A stretch of DNA of 64,000 nt. Origin: an uncultured virus (IMG/VR IMGVR_UViG_3300036398_003808). Its lineage: Duplodnaviria > Heunggongvirae > Uroviricota > Caudoviricetes. The stretch is taken from the IMG/VR virus record IMGVR_UViG_3300036398_003808; one strand, given 5' to 3'. Shown one piece after another: positions 1 through 8,222 of this stretch (the first letter of the stretch is position 1; the number at the start of each line of letters is the position of its first letter). A model generated the notes under the pieces. It did no database searches. It was not told where the DNA came from and saw nothing but the letters and a program-made list of their open reading frames with translations. The translations under genes were made by a program, and so were the position numbers.

Positions 1-230
1 CCGCCCTGCATCATCGAAGGGTCCATCGGCATGCCGGTGTTCGGATCGACTGGCATACCCTGCGGAGGCATGCCGCCCTGCATCATTGACGGGTCCATGC
101 CTGGAGGCATGCCGCCGCCAGGCATCGGCGGCGCGGCCATGAATGCTTCTTTGCGAATGGTTTCGAGGTCGGCCCGCTCCTGGCGCAAACGGGCGAGGCT
201 TTGTTTCATGCTGGCGAGATCTGCGGACAT
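1..230 (-). CDS. Pro/Met/Gly-rich putative virion protein (partial, runs off the left edge)
   Basis: ATG at 230 opens MSADLASMKQSLARLRQERADLETIRKEAFMAAPPMPGGGMPPGMDPSMMQGG with no stop before position 1; contains a KEA motif; not in the ORF track. Confidence 0.75.
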   Translation of the reverse strand, partial: MSADLASMKQSLARLRQERADLETIRKEAFMAAPPMPGGGMPPGMDPSMMQGGMPPQGMPVDPNTGMPMDPSMMQG

Positions 231-237
231 GAGTGGG

Positions 238-266
238 AGTTTGGCAGAATCAGCGGCGCTCGTCAA
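238..266 (-). promoter_or_regulatory. sigma70-like promoter, leaderless architecture
   Basis: TTGACG-N17-CAAACT-N7-ATG on minus strand. Confidence 0.6.
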
Positions 267-273
267 TCGAAGT

Positions 274-327
274 AAAAAATCGGAGCACCGGCGCGGAGTT
301 GCCCCCGCGCCGGTGTCGATGATTTTT
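274..327. terminator. Intrinsic terminator, possibly bidirectional
   Basis: Stem caccggcgcgg/ccgcgccggtg with an A-tract on the left and a T-tract on the right, immediately after the stop of 326..652. Confidence 0.7.
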
Positions 328-652
328 ACGGGACCACTGCCGGATCGGGGGCAGCGGCTGCCTCCGCGTTCGTCTGCATCTGCCCCTTGATCGCGACGAG
401 CGCGAGCGCTGCAGCCGCCACCGCGTCGGGGTCCGCTTGCTGCAGATCTCCGATGGCGTCGACGAGCGCCTCGCGCTCGTCGCGTTGCTTCGCGATGTGA
501 TCGGCGCCGGAGATCATCTCCGCGCCGAAGTCCTTCATTTGCTTTTGCCATCCTGTGAAGTTCAGGACCCCGACCGCTTCAAGAGCGTGACCGGCAGCAG
601 CGATGGGAGCGCCGAGGAGCAGACCTCCGGCGCGTATGATGGAACTAATCAT
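326..652 (-). CDS. Hypothetical protein
   Basis: 108 aa ORF with AC-rich leader, upstream promoter-like motif and downstream terminator. Confidence 0.75.
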   Translation of the reverse strand: MISSIIRAGGLLLGAPIAAAGHALEAVGVLNFTGWQKQMKDFGAEMISGADHIAKQRDEREALVDAIGDLQQADPDAVAAAALALVAIKGQMQTNAEAAAAPDPAVVP

Positions 653-703
653 TTAGTATTGGTGTTGTTGTTGGTGTTCGTGCGTTGGGCGGTATGCCCT
701 CAG

Positions 704-738
704 CAACATATTATGACACCGCAACACCCCGAATTGCA
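704..738 (-). promoter_or_regulatory. Putative phage-specific bipartite promoter, copy 1
   Basis: TGCAATTC-N13-GTCATAA-N4-TTG; same architecture at 8183..8217. Confidence 0.6.
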
Positions 739-744
739 GACTGC

Positions 745-3282
745 TCAGTCCTTGTTCAGCTTGCTGGAGATACCAGCGCCGGCAGTCCCCAAGCCGGCGA
801 GTCCAAGCAGGGCCCCGACTGTTTTCAGTTTGGGCGACAGCTTCGTGCTGACCGCCGAAAGCAGCGAGCCGTAACCTCTGACGCTGTTTGCCTGCAGAAA
901 TTTCCGCAGCCCTTTGCCCGCCATAAACGGAGCATCGTCGGCATTGACGCCGCGCATCATCCGCCGCTCGCGGTAGAAAAACGGAGCCAGCTTATCGAAA
1001 GTGCTCCCTTGGACTTTACCCTCTTCCAGTCGCTTGAGATAAGGCTCGAACCGCTGAAGCATAGACACGTCTTCCGGCGCGCGGGCAATACGCAGCGCCT
1101 CGTCGGCCCCCATGACTCTCGATACTTCCGGAGTCAGGCGCAGTTGCGGATCTGCGGCGTGCGACAACATCTCGCGCGACAGCAGCGCACGAGGCGTCTT
1201 TGCCCCTTCAGCGTAGTGCGTCTGGTTGTCCATGATTGCCCAGCGCTTCTTCTGATCCACTATGTCTCCCATACCGAGTCCAACCTTCAGCGTAGTCTTC
1301 CAGTCATCCGACAACGACGTCAGCGGAAACCTGGAAGTAAGCACGTGCGCCGGGACGCCCATGATCCGCAAGTTCGACATGGCCTTCGCGGCGTCAGCAT
1401 ACTTGTCCACGATGCCCAGGTATTCCCGGATTCTGGGCGCGTCGGCAGTCCAAAGATGATCCGGATATTTCTGCGCGTAACGTCGCGTCGCGTTGACGTA
1501 GTCACGAGCCAGCGGTCGAATTTTCGCAAAAGAACGTCCAGTGTCGTAGATGCCTGCGCCGAGCACGGCGGCGCCGCCACCTGCGCCGATGGCGACGTTG
1601 TCTCGAGTATTCGTCGCAGCCGCCTTGTTCAGCCGCAAGTCAATGGGCGCCTGCGCCGTCTGGTTGCCTCCGAACAGTTTCGACAGCAATGCTCCACCAC
1701 CTGCCAGCGCGCCGGCGCCGAGTGCCAGTTTACCGGCGCCATGCCGCAGCGCCGCGCTCCGGCCGGCGCGCAGCTGGCCCTCCAGCAGCGACTTGAACAT
1801 GCCGCGACCGCCTTGAATGTCCTGCAGCGTCAGCGCGGCCTGCTGCGCGCGTCCGCCTTGGAGCTGCGGCAGTTCTTTCAGCAGATTGGCGAACCCGTCG
1901 TAATCGCCAGACTGCAGCGTCTTTACACCGCGCAGTTCGAGATAGTCACGAATACCATCCAGTCCGCGGCGGACGACGCTCTCCCCTTTTGCGTCCTGGA
2001 ACACCGAAGGGTTCATCCAGTTCCTTGCCGCCGATTCAGCCAGATGCTGGTCCGCGGGAAGTCCCTGGTTGATCGTCGCCCGCAGTTTATTCTCGAACCC
2101 ATGAATGCCTCGGTCTGCGATCAGATCCGACTCCGACCACGGAACATTTTGGCGGGCCTTGAAAACCTGCTCATCGTCGATCAGCGCGATCGGTGCGCCG
2201 CCGTGAGCCAGAGCTTCGAACGGACTAGACCCGCCCATCCCCATGACGTGCAAGTCGGAGTTACCGATCAGCGAGTTGAACCCGGACGGCCCTCCAGTCT
2301 TTGCAGTCGTACCTGGAACGATGAAAATGTTCTTCTGCGGTCCGCCTGCGTGTGCGATCGCCGTTTCGCGCGCCAGATTTGGACCCTGGCCTCCGACTCC
2401 GAGAATGACGTAATCGTCGAGGTTGTGACCTTTGGCCTTCAGCGCTTCGGCAACCCACCGCGCGCGGGCGCCGACAGTATCGCCGCGGGTCGCGCCGGAG
2501 ACTGTGATGATCTTCTTGCCGCGGAAGGTGTCGGGCGTGATCCCCTGGAACCCGCCGTGTTGCGTCATGTGCTGCGCCAGAAATTTCGAGTAGGCGTCGC
2601 GGTCCATGAGCGGGCTGAGATTTTTCGTCTCCACCAGCGGGTGTGCGCGCCCCATGTAGTGCAGCTTGCCGCCGGACAGCACATGCGACGGCCCTGGGTC
2701 GAAGTTGCCGTAAGTCGCCGCGTGCGTGTCGCGCAGCCCGGAAATCCGGCGCGCATCCCCAGTCGCCATGTAGCCCGTCGCGTCGTTGCGTCCATCCGGT
2801 TGGAATTGCAGAAAGTTTTCGAACCGCTGCCGAAAATGAGGATCCTGCTGTCGCACATTCTCCCCGCGCATGCGATCCATCCAGCTCGCGCGCGTCGGCG
2901 TGACATCGTGTGCGCGTTCCGGATCCAGCAGCCCCCATCCCGTGTCGACGCCAGTCAAGAACCGCTTCCCTTTCATGGCCTTCGCCGCCTCGTCTGATAT
3001 CTTGCCCTCGTAGGAAATCACCGGGGCGTCGTTGACGTTCATTCGTCCCAAAAAGTTGTCGCGATTTTGCGCCTTCAGTTCCTCCAGGATGCGGCGGATC
3101 TGCGCCGCCGGCTCTTTGTGCCCGCCTCCCATAGGAGCTGCGGCGCCGTAAGTCAGCAGCACGTTGCGGTTGTTCAGGTCCGCCAATCCAGAACGACCCA
3201 GCGCGCCACCGAGCCCGAGCATGCCAGCGCCAGCGATTCCGGACGGCCATGGATTCTCGGAGGTTGAAGCTTGCTTGCTCAT
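745..3282 (-). CDS. Large modular protein with GT28/MGDG-synthase-like glycosyltransferase module
   Basis: GGGHKEPAAQI and SDLHVMGMGGSSPFEALAHGGAPI match N- and C-lobe GT-B (UgtP/MurG family) motifs; SKQA and NKAA boundaries; Gly/Ala-rich hydrophobic segments. Confidence 0.7.
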   Translation of the reverse strand: MSKQASTSENPWPSGIAGAGMLGLGGALGRSGLADLNNRNVLLTYGAAAPMGGGHKEPAAQIRRILEELKAQNRDNFLGRMNVNDAPVISYEGKISDEAAKAMKGKRFLTGVDTGWGLLDPERAHDVTPTRASWMDRMRGENVRQQDPHFRQRFENFLQFQPDGRNDATGYMATGDARRISGLRDTHAATYGNFDPGPSHVLSGGKLHYMGRAHPLVETKNLSPLMDRDAYSKFLAQHMTQHGGFQGITPDTFRGKKIITVSGATRGDTVGARARWVAEALKAKGHNLDDYVILGVGGQGPNLARETAIAHAGGPQKNIFIVPGTTAKTGGPSGFNSLIGNSDLHVMGMGGSSPFEALAHGGAPIALIDDEQVFKARQNVPWSESDLIADRGIHGFENKLRATINQGLPADQHLAESAARNWMNPSVFQDAKGESVVRRGLDGIRDYLELRGVKTLQSGDYDGFANLLKELPQLQGGRAQQAALTLQDIQGGRGMFKSLLEGQLRAGRSAALRHGAGKLALGAGALAGGGALLSKLFGGNQTAQAPIDLRLNKAAATNTRDNVAIGAGGGAAVLGAGIYDTGRSFAKIRPLARDYVNATRRYAQKYPDHLWTADAPRIREYLGIVDKYADAAKAMSNLRIMGVPAHVLTSRFPLTSLSDDWKTTLKVGLGMGDIVDQKKRWAIMDNQTHYAEGAKTPRALLSREMLSHAADPQLRLTPEVSRVMGADEALRIARAPEDVSMLQRFEPYLKRLEEGKVQGSTFDKLAPFFYRERRMMRGVNADDAPFMAGKGLRKFLQANSVRGYGSLLSAVSTKLSPKLKTVGALLGLAGLGTAGAGISSKLNKD

Positions 3283-6200
3283 CGGTTTCGGTTGTGCGGC
3301 ATCTGCGCGGCATTATGATACCTGAGCACGTCGGGATCGACAACTCCTTTCGGCATGTGCAGCCGGAAGCCGGTCGGGATGTGCGTCACACCCACGATGC
3401 CTTTGCCGTCGTCCGAGTCGATCGACCAGTCCTCCGCGTGCCGACGCATGTTCTGCCGAATCAGCTTGTGCTTCATCGAGTAGTCGCCGGCGTCCGAGTG
3501 CTCCTTGGCGGCTCTCAGCGCCGGGAGCGCCGGATGCGCCTGGCCCTGCTTGAACAGGTCCAGCATTCCCTGTATCGGCGCCGCGGGAGGCGGAGGCGGA
3601 GGCAGCGCCGGGATTGCCGGTGGCGTGACCAGCCCTTTGAGCATGTCCTGGATCTTCTGCGACGGCATGCGCGACTTTATTCCCAGCCGCATGACATCTG
3701 GATGCTTAAAGAAGTATCGACGCAGAACTTCGGGCGTGGAGTCGAATGCCGCAGCGAACGACTCTGCGCCGCCCACGCCTGACTTCCGAACATTCCGGAT
3801 ATTCTCCAACGCCTGTGCGATGCTCTGCAGACGCTTGGCGCTCGCCTGCTTGGCGAACTTCTCCTGCACGGGGGCAGCCTGCTGCACGATGCCTGGAATG
3901 ACGCGACGCTGCCACTGCTTCAGCGACTTCAGGTAGGCAGGATCGGCGGCTGGATCACGCATCCCGCGCAGCATACGCTGCGCATCTACCGGCACCGATT
4001 TAATCGAATTCTCGAACACCGCCGGGTCTGCGTGATGCACATTCATGGATTCCAACCATTTGTCGTAAGCCTCCGGACTGGTGATTCGACTACCTGTATC
4101 CTTGAACTGCTGCGCCTGGATCGTCGACATGTAACCGCGATGCTCACCGGGCTTCAAATCGTGCGGAAGCTTGTCCATAAAGTTCTGACGCTCCACGTAT
4201 CCCGGGTCTTTGGCTGGTCCTACAAAATAAGCGTCGTCATGCTCACCAACCGCCCAGTTATCACCCGCAGCGTGGTTGACTTCGTGGGCCAGCACGTCCG
4301 CCGGCTTGGCCCCTGCTGCCGCCATCTCTGGCGACTCGTCGCGTAAAAATTTACCCGCATCCGCAGGCATGAAAACAGCGCTGCCGTGTATGCCTTGCTG
4401 CACAAACGGAGCGTATTGACTGTTTGATGTCGGATTGCTAGTGACCACGGTCACCGGACGCTGCCAGCCGTCCGTCGTGTTCGGCAGCTTGTTCTTCAGA
4501 TTGTATTGCGCTGCCTGTTCCAGCTGCGCCGGAAATTGATCCCCGTAATATGGCGTTTTGAAATCGGCTGGATTTACAGTCGATTTTGAATCCATCAGGT
4601 TTACCTCGGCACCTGGCGGCTTTCCCGGCGCGGTAGGCCGTGGCTTGGCGTTCCAGTTCATGGGAATTTTACCCGTAACAGTCCGCGGACGCCTTACCGG
4701 CTCCAGCATTCCGACAGTTCCTGCCTTGTGCATCTCCTGCCACGCTGTCGCGGCTTTTTCGAATGCGTTTTCCACGGGGACGTAAGCGGCGGATTTCTCG
4801 ACGCCTTCCTCCTCATCTTTCTGGCGTCGCCGGCCGGAGATCCAGCCGCCTGCCATGCCCGACAGCACGCTGGGCAACACCCCGCCCGCAAGGTAGGTCG
4901 ACAGCGCACTCAGCAGGTCCTTCTTCCCCTCGGCGCTCAGCGACCCGTCGCCAAGACCCTTCAGGTGCCGCAGCGCGTGGTAGCTGGCGCCCGCTTCGGG
5001 GCCGACCGTTCCCAGACTGGACAGCAGGCCGATGCCGGTGCCATACAACCCGCCCTTCAGCGTGCTGCCGCTCGCCAGGCCGGCCGCCATCGAACCAGCG
5101 GCCGCCATCGGCGCCACCCATCCCTGGTGAGGGTAGATGTGCCGCTGTAGGAAGCGCAGCATGCCCGGGGTCTCCTCGATCTTCGCATGCCCTGCCTCGT
5201 GTCCGATGACCGGCGCTCCGGCGCGCTCGTTCGCCACCATGACTCCGCTGCGCATCAGCCGCTGCAGCTTCTCCATGGTGCGTCCGTATTCCCCCTTCGT
5301 CGTCGGGGTGCGCGGCGTGACATCCCGCAACCCGGAGAATTGCCGCATGAACTGCAGCCCTTCCTTCTCGGTGTTGGGCTTGTAAAAAAATGCGTTGGCC
5401 GTCCCATCGGCGTTCGACGCCAGCATCAGCGGCTCGGTACCTGAGATGCTTGCGATCGTGCCTGGCCACTTGTCGACACCAAGCGGCGGAGTATTCGACA
5501 CCTCGCGCACCGCCCAGTTCTGCGAGGCGCTGCGTCCGAGCGATCCAAGCAGCGCAGCAGCGATAGTGAGCGGGATGACCGGGGAGTTGCGCTGTTCGGC
5601 GAATTCGGCCTGCTTGTACAAATCCGGCAGCCCCTTGTATCCCGGCGTGAAGCCGTGCGGTCCGGCGGCCAGGATACGCTGCTGCACCGGGTTGCCAGTC
5701 TGCGGAAGATTGCGGACGTATGACGAAAACGATGGCGCTCTGGCTCCCTTGAAGTATGCCATCGCTTCCGGCCTCGCTCCTGCTTGCTGCAGAAATTGCA
5801 GGGCTGAGTTGTTGGCCCCCAGTTCGTTCATCACCTTGTCCATGTGCGGCAGCCCCGGCACTTCGTGTCCGCCCATGCTGTCACCGATTCCAGCGCGGCG
5901 CATCGCCCGGTGGTTCATGTGGTGTCCGCCCTCATGGAGGAGCGAAGCGATTGGCGACGGGTTGGTGCCGCCAGGCGTCCCTTGCCCGTATGTGAAGCGG
6001 AAGGCGCCGGCGTCTGGCTGCATGGTCATCGTGTTTCTTGGTCGACCTTTTCCGACGTCGAGAACAGTGTCCCGGAACGCCTGCTGCGTGGGGTCCCAGG
6101 ATCCTCGCGAATAGCCGGACGTTCCAACCGGAAGCTTCGCGCCGGTGTTCGGCAGTCGCGCTCCGACCGTTTCCGGAATCACCCGCCGCACCGCTGCGCC

Positions 6201-6860
6201 TTCGTTTCGCAACTGCCGAAGGAATGCCTTGATCGGTCCGGTGTGTCCGGTGAGCGCCTTGAATCCAAGCACCGCCTTCTTGTGCATCTGGCGGCGGGCC
6301 TGTGCCTCCTCGTTGTCCAGTGCGCTCACAATCCCTGACATCGACACGCCCAGGAGCGGGTGCAGTCCGGACGCGGCGAGATGAAACGCGTCGCCCGCTT
6401 CGGCGATCGAACTGTAGCCCTTGTATTTGCGGTCCCGCATCGTCTCGTAGGCGTTGACCGCGCCGAGCCGGTTGCTGCCGCCGAACCAGCCCGGGTTGTC
6501 CAGCAGCGCCTTGTCGTCCAGCTCGCGCAGCCGCTTGCGCTTCTCCGTGTCGTAGGACTTCTGGATGCTCCGCAGCTCCAGGTGTCGCAGCAACTGCACG
6601 ATCGCGAGCGGGCCGAGCATTGCCGCGGCGCGCACCGGTTTGGACTGGTCTGCCGTGTAGGCCCCGCCGACGGCACCGAGGCCCATGGCCAGCAGCTGCG
6701 TGACCCGAGGATTGTCGACAAGCACCGAGGGATCGCGACCCACCCGCGCAGCCATCACCTGGGCTGCGCCGGCACGACGGGCCCCCGAAGGCATCAGCGG
6801 AATAAAGTCCGCGAGCAACGGGCCGATTCCTGTTCCTAGCGATTCGGGAGTTTGCGACAC
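3279..6860 (-). CDS. Large modular (polyvalent-type) protein with three HExxH zincin-like modules
   Basis: HEGGH, HEAGH, HEVNH each followed by a downstream Glu; start moved to GTG 6860 from promoter spacing and because 6962..7471 occupies the upstream region. Confidence 0.75.
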   Translation of the reverse strand: MSQTPESLGTGIGPLLADFIPLMPSGARRAGAAQVMAARVGRDPSVLVDNPRVTQLLAMGLGAVGGAYTADQSKPVRAAAMLGPLAIVQLLRHLELRSIQKSYDTEKRKRLRELDDKALLDNPGWFGGSNRLGAVNAYETMRDRKYKGYSSIAEAGDAFHLAASGLHPLLGVSMSGIVSALDNEEAQARRQMHKKAVLGFKALTGHTGPIKAFLRQLRNEGAAVRRVIPETVGARLPNTGAKLPVGTSGYSRGSWDPTQQAFRDTVLDVGKGRPRNTMTMQPDAGAFRFTYGQGTPGGTNPSPIASLLHEGGHHMNHRAMRRAGIGDSMGGHEVPGLPHMDKVMNELGANNSALQFLQQAGARPEAMAYFKGARAPSFSSYVRNLPQTGNPVQQRILAAGPHGFTPGYKGLPDLYKQAEFAEQRNSPVIPLTIAAALLGSLGRSASQNWAVREVSNTPPLGVDKWPGTIASISGTEPLMLASNADGTANAFFYKPNTEKEGLQFMRQFSGLRDVTPRTPTTKGEYGRTMEKLQRLMRSGVMVANERAGAPVIGHEAGHAKIEETPGMLRFLQRHIYPHQGWVAPMAAAGSMAAGLASGSTLKGGLYGTGIGLLSSLGTVGPEAGASYHALRHLKGLGDGSLSAEGKKDLLSALSTYLAGGVLPSVLSGMAGGWISGRRRQKDEEEGVEKSAAYVPVENAFEKAATAWQEMHKAGTVGMLEPVRRPRTVTGKIPMNWNAKPRPTAPGKPPGAEVNLMDSKSTVNPADFKTPYYGDQFPAQLEQAAQYNLKNKLPNTTDGWQRPVTVVTSNPTSNSQYAPFVQQGIHGSAVFMPADAGKFLRDESPEMAAAGAKPADVLAHEVNHAAGDNWAVGEHDDAYFVGPAKDPGYVERQNFMDKLPHDLKPGEHRGYMSTIQAQQFKDTGSRITSPEAYDKWLESMNVHHADPAVFENSIKSVPVDAQRMLRGMRDPAADPAYLKSLKQWQRRVIPGIVQQAAPVQEKFAKQASAKRLQSIAQALENIRNVRKSGVGGAESFAAAFDSTPEVLRRYFFKHPDVMRLGIKSRMPSQKIQDMLKGLVTPPAIPALPPPPPPAAPIQGMLDLFKQGQAHPALPALRAAKEHSDAGDYSMKHKLIRQNMRRHAEDWSIDSDDGKGIVGVTHIPTGFRLHMPKGVVDPDVLRYHNAAQMPHNRNR

Positions 6861-6866
6861 TCCGGG

Positions 6867-6895
6867 AGAGTAGCGGGATTGTGCAACGAGTTCAA
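6867..6895 (-). promoter_or_regulatory. sigma70-like promoter, leaderless architecture
   Basis: TTGAAC-N17-TACTCT-N6-GTG. Confidence 0.65.
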
Positions 6896-6901
6896 CCACG
6901 T

Positions 6902-6945
6902 AAAGAAGAGCGACCACCGCCGGCTCCCAGGGCGGGAGCCGGCGG
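6902..6945 (-). terminator. Intrinsic terminator
   Basis: 12-bp stem ccgccggctccc/gggagccggcgg followed on minus strand by a T-rich tail, downstream of 6962..7471. Confidence 0.65.
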
Positions 6946-6961
6946 GCGCGGCGGAAGCGGC

Positions 6962-7471
6962 TCAATAGCCACGCGGATGAGGCGGCGGCTCCCCGCGCTT
7001 CCACCAATCCTCGTCTGTTGGGTCCATGTCGCGCATGTCGCGCATGCCGTCCTGCAGCATTTCCGGGTGGTTCTTCGCGATCTCGTCGTATGCTGTCCGC
7101 GCCTCCTTCTTGAGCGCGATCTCCTGCGTGTCGGAGATGTAGCCGCCGTAAGAGGCGAACCACAGTGCCCCGGCGACGTCCACGCCGACGACGTGGGTCG
7201 ATCCAAACGCCATACGGCCTTGCGGCGTCGTGACCACCAGGTGCAGGAACACCTGCTCCGGCTGCTCCGGATCGGTCAAGTGCCTCGTCGCCGTGATGTC
7301 ATACTCGAGCGTGCAGAACTCGGCGTGATCCGGCGACGGGCCGTCCACAAACTGGAGCGGGCGCAGCGCGGTCATGTGGTCCTCGACACGGGTGATGTCT
7401 CGCGCGGCGTCGAACGGGCGCAGCGCGTCAGGGGGCGATGGACTGACGTATTTGGCGATGATGTTGATCAT
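6962..7471 (-). CDS. Hypothetical protein
   Basis: MINIIAKYV start 6 nt after TACAAT; bounded by hairpins on both sides. Confidence 0.7.
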   Translation of the reverse strand: MINIIAKYVSPSPPDALRPFDAARDITRVEDHMTALRPLQFVDGPSPDHAEFCTLEYDITATRHLTDPEQPEQVFLHLVVTTPQGRMAFGSTHVVGVDVAGALWFASYGGYISDTQEIALKKEARTAYDEIAKNHPEMLQDGMRDMRDMDPTDEDWWKRGEPPPHPRGY

Positions 7472-7477
7472 GTGGTA

Positions 7478-7506
7478 ATTGTAGGCCGATGCTCGGCGTT
7501 GGAAAC
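7478..7506 (-). promoter_or_regulatory. sigma70-like promoter, leaderless architecture
   Basis: TACAAT-N6-ATG with a weak -35 (TTTCCA). Confidence 0.5.
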
Positions 7507-7508
7507 AT

Positions 7509-7554
7509 AAAATGAGGGTTGCAGCGGGGCCGATGTCACCACCGGCCCCGCTGC
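7509..7554 (-). terminator. Hairpin, likely terminator
   Basis: 12-bp stem gcagcggggccg/cggccccgctgc right after the stop at 7560. Confidence 0.6.
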
Positions 7555-7559
7555 GTTGA

Positions 7560-8141
7560 TTACCTCTCGATGAGACTGAGATGGTAGGCCATCTCTTCCA
7601 TCGCCACAGTGACGCTGCCGCCACTGAATTGGTCGAATGCGGGGCGGAAGAAACCAGTGCGCCGGTTGACGCCGAAGCGCCCGCCGGGGCAGACCTCTGC
7701 CCACACCGTGTAGGTGCCGGCGAAGACTCCGCGCCGCACGCGTGTGGTCATCTCCACCCGCTCGCGCGCGTGGTTGACGACCGGTTCGCCGTCCTGGCGG
7801 ATGTCCGCCTTCCGGTCGCGCCGGTCGACGAATGTCGTCAGGCCGGCCGTGACGAACCGCACGGCCTCGCGCGCCTTCGACACTCGGCGGCGAACGTCGA
7901 GATCCGCCGCGGTGTAGACCTCGGCGAATGCGACGGCGCCGCGTTCCTCGGGGGTGCGCCGGAGCAGCTCTTCTTCGACGCGGCCGCGCAGCGCTTCGAG
8001 CTGGATGTCGTCCAGCTCGCGCACGCCGCCGCCGAGTGGCGACGGCGTCGACGGGTCGGCGCCGTCGCGCGGCGGGTTGTCTTCGCCCGGACGTTCGTCC
8101 GGGTCGAAGTCGTTATCTTCAGGGTGGACCGGCGGGTTCAT
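7560..8141 (-). CDS. Hypothetical protein
   Basis: ORF 7560..8183, probable start MNPPVHP at 8141 downstream of the bipartite motif. Confidence 0.7.
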   Translation of the reverse strand: MNPPVHPEDNDFDPDERPGEDNPPRDGADPSTPSPLGGGVRELDDIQLEALRGRVEEELLRRTPEERGAVAFAEVYTAADLDVRRRVSKAREAVRFVTAGLTTFVDRRDRKADIRQDGEPVVNHARERVEMTTRVRRGVFAGTYTVWAEVCPGGRFGVNRRTGFFRPAFDQFSGGSVTVAMEEMAYHLSLIER

Positions 8142-8182
8142 GACCCCCGGCTTTTTGGATTTGTGAGTAGTGGACGTGTTCA

Positions 8183-8217
8183 CAATTTCTTATGACGCAC
8201 CACGCCTCGGAATTGCA
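8183..8217 (-). promoter_or_regulatory. Putative phage-specific bipartite promoter, copy 2
   Basis: TGCAATTC-N13-GTCATAA-N4-TTG. Confidence 0.6.
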
Positions 8218-8222
8218 CCGGA

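Noticed and set aside
6861..7163. N-terminal extension of the 1294-aa ORF (likewise extensions to 12065, 13981 and 26857)
   Set aside because: Extensions overlap other genes, terminators or promoters; downstream starts fit promoter spacing or stop-start coupling
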